Assembly (NCBI GenBank): GCA_038850615.1
Contig: JAWCLR010000001.1
Coordinates: forward strand, 16,637-80,636
Direction: 5' to 3'
Length of the DNA stretch: 64,000 nt
Origin: Candidatus Woesearchaeota archaeon
GTDB taxonomy: Archaea > Nanobdellota > Nanobdellia > Woesearchaeales > ARS49
Under the pieces are notes generated by a model. That model had not been told where the DNA came from. It saw only the letters and a list, made by a program, of their open reading frames with translations, and did no database searches. Of the stretch, positions 57,147 through 64,000 are shown piece after piece (the stretch's first letter is position 1; each line of letters begins with the position of its first letter). The translations under genes and the position numbers were made by a program.

Positions 57147-57924
57147 AAAAATGAGCTTTCTTGACTTCCTGAATCCGGTTTTTGATTTTCTTTTCGGCTG
57201 GCTTTTGTTGATGACACCATTCTGGAGCATTTTGATACTCTCATTCATAATGTCGTTTATTGTCATAATCATCACTAAGTACACGACGGACCAAGACCTG
57301 ATGAAGCACCTCAAGGAGGAGAGTAAGGAATTGCAGAAGCAGATGAAGGAGCTTAAGGACCAGCCTGAGAAAATGATGGAGGTGCAGAAAAAGCACATGC
57401 AGAGTTCAATGAAATACATGAGCCAGAGCTTCAGGCCAATGATTTTCACGTTTATCCCAATAATTATTATTTTTGGCTGGATTTCAGCCCACCTTGCGTA
57501 TGAACCGATAATGCCTGGTCAGGAATTTTCCGTCAAGGTCCAGCTTGAGAAGGGCTTACAGGGCGTGATTGTGAACGCGACAGCGCCAGAAGGGATTACC
57601 TTGACAAGCAATGCCAGCAAGGAAGTAAGTGATGGTTTTGCAATCTTTACTTTCAAGGGCGATGCGGGCGATTATTCTTCGCCTAGCTTGATGTTTAACG
57701 TCAACGGCAAAGAATACTACAAGGAAGTCAAGATAACAACAAAGCGCGAATACGTCAATCCCATAAAGCCGATCAGGGACGGCACGGTAAAACAGATAGA
57801 AACCATCCATGAAAAGGTAAAGGTCATCAAGCTCGGCAATTTCTCACTGAGCTGGATATGGAGTTACATAATATTCTCAATCATATTCAGCAGCATTCTC
57901 AGGAAGTGGCTTAAGGTTTATTAA
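57139..57924 (+). CDS. DUF106 / EMC3-TMCO1 (Oxa1 superfamily) membrane insertase-like protein
   Basis: TM1, coiled coil, FRPMIFTFIP TM2, WIWSYIIFS TM3; downstream of secY. Confidence 0.88.
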   Translation: MAKKMSFLDFLNPVFDFLFGWLLLMTPFWSILILSFIMSFIVIIITKYTTDQDLMKHLKEESKELQKQMKELKDQPEKMMEVQKKHMQSSMKYMSQSFRPMIFTFIPIIIIFGWISAHLAYEPIMPGQEFSVKVQLEKGLQGVIVNATAPEGITLTSNASKEVSDGFAIFTFKGDAGDYSSPSLMFNVNGKEYYKEVKITTKREYVNPIKPIRDGTVKQIETIHEKVKVIKLGNFSLSWIWSYIIFSIIFSSILRKWLKVY

Positions 57925-57948
57925 CCAGAAAGCAAATTTTGTTCTCAA

Positions 57949-59145
57949 ATGGCGTTTTTCCATAAGGATGAGCTAAGGTTATTGTGGCCTTTTTATGCAG
58001 AATCAATACTGTCAACATTGTTGTTCATTTATCCGCCTTTTTGGGTTTTGTATTTTCAGTCAATAAACTTGTCCTTGTTTCAAATAGGCGTTTTGATGGT
58101 GCCGATTTCAGTTGCTTCTTTCCTTTTTGAGATTCCCACTGGTGCGATTGCGGATATTTTTGGCAGGAAATTCTCTACATTGCTTGGTTATTTTCTTTGT
58201 GGAATCCTTGTTTTTTCAATCTTTTTCTTTACTGGCTTTTGGGCTTTGTTTGTAATATTTACCCTTTGGGGGATTGCGGGCACTTTTATTTCAGGCGCGC
58301 AGGAGGCGTGGGTTGCTGACAACCTCAAGTTCAGGGGCAGGCCTTGGCTGTTAAAGGAATATTACATAAAGACCCACAGTTTCATAAGGCTTTCATTGCT
58401 TGTTGCTGGTTTTGTTGGTGCTTTTCTTGTCAAAATCTTTGGGTTGGGGATTATCTGGCCCATCACAGGGTTTTCGCTTATTTCTTCTGGGATCATACTT
58501 TCTTTTGTTGGTGAGAAAAGGGTAAAGCTAACCTGCCCGCACAACCTGCGGATGATTTATGACCAGTCGAAAAAGTCAATAAGATTTGGCATAACTCATC
58601 ATGTCCTTTTTTTCCTGTTTGCAATTGTTATTATTGAAGGATTGTGTGGTACATTAAGTGGTGAGTTCATGTGGCAGCCGTTCCTCAAGAACCTCGGCTT
58701 TCCTGTTTATGCATTTGGTTATCTTTTTTCAGGTCTGATGCTGATAGGCGCTTTTGCCCCTTACCTTGCAAAGCCGTTATTGAAAATTGCACGCACAGAG
58801 AGGGCGCTTCTCACAATAATAACTGTGTTTCATATAGCGCTGTTTATATCGGTGCTTTTTACAGGAAAATGGTTTGCCGCAATAATGATTATGGGACTAA
58901 TAACGCTCGGCTCTGATATTTACAACCCTTTGATGGGCTGTTATTTCCAGAAATTTGTTCCGTCGAGGATGCGGGCAACAACCGTTTCTTTCAAGCACAT
59001 GCTTTCCGACACAGGGTTTGCCATTAGCGGTCCCCTTGTGGGCTTTTTGGGCGATTTGTTTGGTCCAAGGTTTGCAATTGCATTGGGTGGATTAATCCTT
59101 GTGCCTGTTGTTTTTCTTTATTTGGCAATAAGAGAGAAAAAATGA
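57949..59145 (+). CDS. MFS transporter
   Basis: FEIPTGAIADIFGRK (motif A), about 12 TMs, PSRMRAT. Confidence 0.92.
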   Translation: MAFFHKDELRLLWPFYAESILSTLLFIYPPFWVLYFQSINLSLFQIGVLMVPISVASFLFEIPTGAIADIFGRKFSTLLGYFLCGILVFSIFFFTGFWALFVIFTLWGIAGTFISGAQEAWVADNLKFRGRPWLLKEYYIKTHSFIRLSLLVAGFVGAFLVKIFGLGIIWPITGFSLISSGIILSFVGEKRVKLTCPHNLRMIYDQSKKSIRFGITHHVLFFLFAIVIIEGLCGTLSGEFMWQPFLKNLGFPVYAFGYLFSGLMLIGAFAPYLAKPLLKIARTERALLTIITVFHIALFISVLFTGKWFAAIMIMGLITLGSDIYNPLMGCYFQKFVPSRMRATTVSFKHMLSDTGFAISGPLVGFLGDLFGPRFAIALGGLILVPVVFLYLAIREKK

Positions 59146-59244
59146 ACTAATTCAACTCTGTCTGCTTTGCAATCCTGCCTTCATAAACAATTATTTTTGC
59201 ATAGCCGTTGCACTCACATGGTAAAGGCAAAGGGGGTGATTCTG

Positions 59245-59493
59245 TTATTTTTTGCCAATAAATACCTTGTTTTTGCCAAGTGTGATTACCTTGTCGTCTA
59301 TGGACTGTGCTGGCTTTGAAGGCTGTTCTGTGCCATGTAGAATACTGAATGGGCTTAGCTTGCGTTTCATGTGCGAATGGCATTTTTCACACAATAGATT
59401 GTCCAGCGCCTTGCCAGTAAGCGGTTTAGAAGCCTTTATGGTCTGGACATATCCACAGTTTTCATTCCTGCACTGGTATTCATAATACGGCAT
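59245..59493 (-). CDS. FmdB-family zinc-ribbon protein
   Basis: MPYYEYQC....C...CEKC..MKRKLS. Confidence 0.8.
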   Translation of the reverse strand: MPYYEYQCRNENCGYVQTIKASKPLTGKALDNLLCEKCHSHMKRKLSPFSILHGTEQPSKPAQSIDDKVITLGKNKVFIGKK

Positions 59494-59660
59494 AGCAATG
59501 ATGTAGGTTTGTTTGAATATAAAGATTAGGCACACAAGAGTTCCACAGGAAATGATGGAGGTATATCGTCGCTAATTTCCATATTTAAATACAAAAGTAT
59601 TTAAATACTCCCCCTTTTAAGCTTTAAAAACAGTTCACCTGAAATGGGGGTGTGAACATA

Positions 59661-60251
59661 ATGGCAAAAAAAGCCGCTAAGAAATCAAAGGGTGCTGCTC
59701 CAAAAGCAGGACAGCGCGAAATTAAGGTCGTGAATATTGTCGTGAGCGCAAGCCTCGGGCATGATATTCCGCTTGAAAAAATGGCTGCCACTTTGAGCAA
59801 TACAGAATACAATCCTGAACAGTTTCCTGGGCTTGTGATAAGAATCAAGGAGCCCAAGACGTCTGCACTGATATTCTCATCAGGAAAGATTGTTTGTACC
59901 GGCGCAAGGAGTATGGACAAGGTTCACGAGTCAATAAGGAAAATCATAAAGTCCTTGGAAAAAATCAATGTCAAGATAAAGGTTGAGCCGCAGGTTAACA
60001 TCCAGAACATTGTTGCAGCAGGCAGTGTTGGAATGGACCTTAATCTGAACGTGCTCGCAATGAAGCTTGAAAATACAGAATACGAGCCAGAACAGTTCCC
60101 TGGGCTTGTTTATAAGTTGCCTGACCAGAAGGCGACTTTCCTGCTTTTCAGTAATGGAAAGGTGGTATGCACGGGCACTAAGAGCGAGGATGAGGTAAAC
60201 AAGGCTTTGGACAAACTGATAGAAAACCTGAAAAAGGCAAAAGGCAAGTGA
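59661..60251 (+). CDS. tbp: TATA-box binding protein
   Basis: Two repeats of NIV..EY(N/E)PEQFPGLV..FS.GK.VCTG. Confidence 0.98.
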   Translation: MAKKAAKKSKGAAPKAGQREIKVVNIVVSASLGHDIPLEKMAATLSNTEYNPEQFPGLVIRIKEPKTSALIFSSGKIVCTGARSMDKVHESIRKIIKSLEKINVKIKVEPQVNIQNIVAAGSVGMDLNLNVLAMKLENTEYEPEQFPGLVYKLPDQKATFLLFSNGKVVCTGTKSEDEVNKALDKLIENLKKAKGK

Positions 60252-60375
60252 GGGCTTCGGGATTCCGTAATAACGTCGTGCCTGCTCTGCACTAGCCACT
60301 GGTCATGCTCACGTAGGGTATAAAAAGATGGGGGTGGATGAATGAGGGGGTATGCTCTCTCATTCGTACTTTAAT

Positions 60376-62418
60376 ATGGTAGATGCAGCAGTAGCTAAGC
60401 ATTTGGATGCCACAGAGCTTATTCAAAAACTGCATGATTTCTTTCAGCAACACTATTATGCTGAGCTTGTTGAGCAGGCAAGAAAGGGGCAAAAATGGTT
60501 GCATGTTGACTTTTCTTCATTAAGCAAGTTTGATCCTGATGTTGCTGATGCTCTTCTTGAGATGCCTGAGGAAGTCATCAAGGCTTCTGAGATTGCGATT
60601 GAGCAGTTTGATGTCCCTGGAGATGTTAAAGGTTTTGCAGTGAGGTTTTTCGGACTGCCAGAATCATGCAGGATTATGATAAGGAATATTCGTTCAGTGC
60701 ACTTGAACAAGCTTCTTTTTGTTGAGGGAATCGTGAGGCAGAAGTCAGACGTAAGACCTCAGGTCACAGAAGCAAGATTTGAGTGTCCAAGCTGCGGGAA
60801 TACGATTGCAATGCTGCAGTTGGACAGCAAGTTCAAGGAGCCAAGCAGGTGCAGTTGCGGAAGGAAAGGTAAGTTCAGGCTTTTGAGCAAGGTTCTTGTC
60901 GATGCCCAAGGGCTTGTTCTTGAGGAAGTTCCTGAGCAGTTAGAAGGTGGCGAGCAGCCCAAACGAATGAATGTCTTCCTGAAGAACGACCTTGTTAGCC
61001 CTTTAAGCGAAAAAAAGACAAATCCTGGCTCCAGAATAATAATTGTTGGAATCATAAAGGAAGTGCCTATCATAACACGTTCTGGCACACAAAGCACAAG
61101 GTTTGATCTCTTGCTGGAAGGAAATTCTGTCACAGCAGTTCAGGAGGAATTCACAGACATCCAGATTTCGCCGGAAGATGAGCAAAAAATCAAGGAATTG
61201 TCTAAAGATCCTGCGCTTGTCCGCAAACTTGTTGCTTCTGTTGCACCAAGCATTTACGGCCACGACCAAGTCAAAGAAGCATTGTTGCTTCAGATGTTTG
61301 GAGGGGTACGGAAGAAGCACGATGATGGCGTTATCCGCAGGGGCGACATCCACATCCTTTTGGTCGGAGACCCTGGAGCCGCAAAGTCCCAGATGCTCAA
61401 GCGTATGGCAGTAATTGCACCAAAGGGTAGGTACGTGACAGGGAAAGGCGCGTCTGGCGCAGGCCTTTCAGCAACCGTTGTCAAGGATGAGTTTTTGCAG
61501 GGTTGGAGCCTCGAAGCAGGGGCCCTTGTCCTAGCAAACAAGGGCATGGCGATGATTGATGAACTTGACAAGATGAGCAAGGAGGATACTTGGGCAATGC
61601 ACGAGGCCCTTGAACAGCAGACTGTTACCATAAGCAAGGCAAACATTCAGGCAACTTTGCGCTGCGAAACAACAGTGCTTGCTGCTGCAAACCCGAAATT
61701 CGGCAGGTTTGACCCTTATGACACAGTTGCTAACCAGATTGATTTGCCACCAACACTCATCAACCGCTTTGACCTGATTTTTCCAATAAAGGATGTTCCT
61801 AACCAGAAGACTGATGAAAAGCTTGCTTCATTCATGCTTGAGCTTCACCAGAACAATGTAGAAACGCCGCCTGTTTCCACAGAACTCCTGCGCAAGTACG
61901 TGGCTTATGCGCGCAAGAACATTTTTCCAAAACTTAGTGACGGAGCAATCGAGGAACTCAAGGAATACTTCATCAAGATGCGGGCTTCTGCAGGCACTGG
62001 CGCAAGCGCAAAGGCAGTTCCTGTTTCTGCAAGGCAGCTTGAAGGGCTTGTCAGGCTTAGCGAGGCGTCTGCAAGGCTGCACTTGCGTGATAAGGTCCTG
62101 AAGAAGGATGCAAAGAAAGCTGTGGAGCTCCTTGATTACTGCCTTAGACAGGTCGCAATGGATGAGGAAACAGGCCAGATTGACATTGACAGGATAGCAA
62201 CCGCAATGCCTGCCTCGCAAAGGAACAAGATAATGACTATTAAGGAAATCATTGCGGAGCTGGAGAACAAGGTCGGCAAGGTTGTGCCATTGGATGACAT
62301 TGTCAAGGCTGCCTCTGAAAAGGGCCTCAACGAGGCAGAGATTGAGGACATAATACAGCGTCTCAAGAAGTCAGGCGACATCTTTGAGCCCAGGCATGGA
62401 TTCATCAGCAGGATTTGA
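60376..62418 (+). CDS. mcm: MCM replicative helicase
   Basis: Zn finger, GDPGAAKS, IDELDKM, HEALEQQ, AAANP, RFDL; no intein. Confidence 0.98.
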   Translation: MVDAAVAKHLDATELIQKLHDFFQQHYYAELVEQARKGQKWLHVDFSSLSKFDPDVADALLEMPEEVIKASEIAIEQFDVPGDVKGFAVRFFGLPESCRIMIRNIRSVHLNKLLFVEGIVRQKSDVRPQVTEARFECPSCGNTIAMLQLDSKFKEPSRCSCGRKGKFRLLSKVLVDAQGLVLEEVPEQLEGGEQPKRMNVFLKNDLVSPLSEKKTNPGSRIIIVGIIKEVPIITRSGTQSTRFDLLLEGNSVTAVQEEFTDIQISPEDEQKIKELSKDPALVRKLVASVAPSIYGHDQVKEALLLQMFGGVRKKHDDGVIRRGDIHILLVGDPGAAKSQMLKRMAVIAPKGRYVTGKGASGAGLSATVVKDEFLQGWSLEAGALVLANKGMAMIDELDKMSKEDTWAMHEALEQQTVTISKANIQATLRCETTVLAAANPKFGRFDPYDTVANQIDLPPTLINRFDLIFPIKDVPNQKTDEKLASFMLELHQNNVETPPVSTELLRKYVAYARKNIFPKLSDGAIEELKEYFIKMRASAGTGASAKAVPVSARQLEGLVRLSEASARLHLRDKVLKKDAKKAVELLDYCLRQVAMDEETGQIDIDRIATAMPASQRNKIMTIKEIIAELENKVGKVVPLDDIVKAASEKGLNEAEIEDIIQRLKKSGDIFEPRHGFISRI

Positions 62419-62421
62419 AAA

Positions 62422-62586
62422 TTACTTCTTTTTGTTGCGTCTGAGGTGTATGTAGCCAAGGAGGGACAAGCCTGCAACTACCAGCAATACACCTTGGATT
62501 CCAGGAAGAAACAATCCGATAATCCCCAGCACAACACACAATATTCCAAGGGTTTTCCAAATTGCTGAGTTCTTATTTTGTTTCAT
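62422..62586 (-). CDS. Small membrane protein (DUF454/PGPGW-like)
   Basis: LGIIGLFLPGIQGVLLVVAGL hairpin; ATGA overlap with the upstream gene. Confidence 0.7.
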   Translation of the reverse strand: MKQNKNSAIWKTLGILCVVLGIIGLFLPGIQGVLLVVAGLSLLGYIHLRRNKKK

Positions 62587-63689
62587 TCTTCTATCGCTGG
62601 TGTTCCCTCTTGCTGGACTGTGGAGAGTCTTGCAAGACTCTGGCAACTTGTCAATAAATACTTGTTGGATAACTGTAGGCAGACGGAGAAGTCATTTGCC
62701 AGTGCAAATTCCATAAGGCAGTTGTCCCTTGCCCTTAAGTCTTGTATATTCATGCATAATGCGCTTTTTTTGCTCGCATTGGCTATTCGTGCAAAGCAGG
62801 GGTCTGCTGATTCTGGAATTGCCAGGCTGTTGCAGATTGTTGATGCCTTTTCAGGGTCTGACAATGCATACTTCAACGCCTGCTCAATTACTGCTTCCTT
62901 GTCCTGCACTGGTCCGCAATCTTGGGGGCAAGTTATTCTGCTCTCTCCCGATTCGCACTCCCCGTTACCACAAATGCCTTCAATGATTCTGTGGATGCAG
63001 GCTCCGCGCTCGCAGAGGTCCATCGTTGCAGGATTAAGGTCGTCGCAGGTTTCAGGGCAGGGAAGTTCTTCAGGAACAAGGTCTGTAGCTTCTGGAACTG
63101 TGGGGATTGTTTCGGCCTTTTCGGCAGAAACTATTGTGAATCCTGCACTTTGAACGCGTGTCAAACGTCCGTATCTTGCAGTAAGCGTTACTTTATATTC
63201 TCCGGCGCCAATATTCTCAGGCAGTGGAATGTTTTGTGTGTCAACCGCGCTTAGTCCAACGTCTGCCCTGCTTAACCTTGTTGTTATTATCCTGCGCGTG
63301 ACGGGGTCAAACACGACATAATCCAGTGATACAGGCACTGTTCGCTTCTGCTCTGATGTGAGTGTTGTCATTACAGATAGCGTTCCTCCTGGCACAACCT
63401 GTGGCTGCTCTATGCGCACCGAAAGCAAGATGTCCTTTCCAGTGGGTTTGAGCAGAAGAAACCCTGTAAATATAAGGATGGCGACCGCCAGTAGCCCCCC
63501 GACTACGATTAGGACCTTCCTTCCAATTAGTTCAATGCGCCTTTCAGTAGGCTTTGACGCAATGCGCAGGGCAAAATCAATATCCTGCGGGTTGTGGCCT
63601 GCGCCGAGTAGTGCTGCGCGTATTGCTTCAGGGGTATAGCCACGTTGCAACTGGGTGCGCACATATTCGTTAATGCTTCTCTCAACCAT
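62583..63689 (-). CDS. Membrane-anchored surface protein with Ig-like and Cys-rich domains
   Basis: N-terminal GY...IR.AL..AG domain, one TM, beta-sandwich-like region, CDD.NP.T.D.C and CGNG.CE.GE..CP.DC motifs. Confidence 0.8.
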   Translation of the reverse strand: MVERSINEYVRTQLQRGYTPEAIRAALLGAGHNPQDIDFALRIASKPTERRIELIGRKVLIVVGGLLAVAILIFTGFLLLKPTGKDILLSVRIEQPQVVPGGTLSVMTTLTSEQKRTVPVSLDYVVFDPVTRRIITTRLSRADVGLSAVDTQNIPLPENIGAGEYKVTLTARYGRLTRVQSAGFTIVSAEKAETIPTVPEATDLVPEELPCPETCDDLNPATMDLCERGACIHRIIEGICGNGECESGESRITCPQDCGPVQDKEAVIEQALKYALSDPEKASTICNSLAIPESADPCFARIANASKKSALCMNIQDLRARDNCLMEFALANDFSVCLQLSNKYLLTSCQSLARLSTVQQEGTPAIEE

Positions 63690-63822
63690 CTTCCTCAAAC
63701 TTGCGTGCGAGACTATATAAACTTTGCCGGAGAAAAAATTGTTAGGTCAGACGCCTGCCTGCAAGGTTGTTGCGAGAATACAAAACTATATAAAATATGA
63801 TAAACTGTTGTTCTCGCGGGGT

Positions 63823-64000
63823 ATGGTTGAAGAACAACAAAAGCGTCAGGTTGCGCGCAAGCTGTGGATAGGGGACATTCTTGCGGGCAAGTACGTGAAG
63901 GAGCAGGGTTCCAAGCCAAACCACATCATACTCAAAGACAATTCTATTGCCGCAAGGGTGAATATTATTGGTGTTGTAGTTTCAGCAAGCTCGGAAGGTC
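63823..64000 (+). CDS. OB-fold protein, RPA-associated/RPA32-like (runs off window edge)
   Basis: Not in ORF track. MVEEQQKRQVARKLWIGDILAGKYVKEQGSKPNHIILKDNSIAARVNIIGVVV. Confidence 0.75.
   Translation, partial: MVEEQQKRQVARKLWIGDILAGKYVKEQGSKPNHIILKDNSIAARVNIIGVVVSASSEG

Noticed and set aside
60252..60330. Possible tRNA or replication origin between tbp and mcm
   Set aside because: No cloverleaf, T-loop or ORB-like repeats, and no cdc6 nearby.
1..64000. Alternative genetic code suggested by the in-frame TAA in scpB
   Set aside because: TAA, TGA and TAG all end conserved genes at the expected positions (e.g. rpl3 TAA, rps8 TGA, trpS TAG).
1..64000. CRISPR arrays, rRNA genes, transposases, integrases, inteins
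   Set aside because: None seen; gyrA, mcm, hef and leuS have normal lengths.

Overview
Core-genome window from an archaeon. Gene content and order point to the DPANN lineage, most likely Woesearchaeota (inference): a fused PriS-PriL primase, a bacterial-type LeuRS, gyrA together with Topo VI, and a ribosomal superoperon lacking rnp1 and adk. It holds the L3-SecY ribosomal cluster and the S13-S4-S11-rpoD-L18e-L13-S9-rpoN cluster. Replication and repair genes include top6B, gyrA, scpB, PCNA, Hef, primase and MCM; others include TBP, trpS, leuS, RNase J and dnaG. RNA genes are four tRNAs (one with a 47-nt intron), SRP RNA and RNase P RNA. Several real genes are absent from the ORF track (top6B, secG, a partial OB-fold protein). 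No CRISPR array, rRNA or intact mobile element is visible. The least explained signals are: a ~260-nt highly structured RNA upstream of dnaG; structured leaders ahead of rpl3, rps13 and mcm; a three-gene operon of paralogous coiled-coil proteins; a 29-aa-repeat alpha-solenoid/B-box operon; a convergent PIN/RHH pair; a 30-nt hairpin insertion inside SUI1; and three genes broken at A-run/TAA sites. All calls come from reading motifs by eye; no database search was run.
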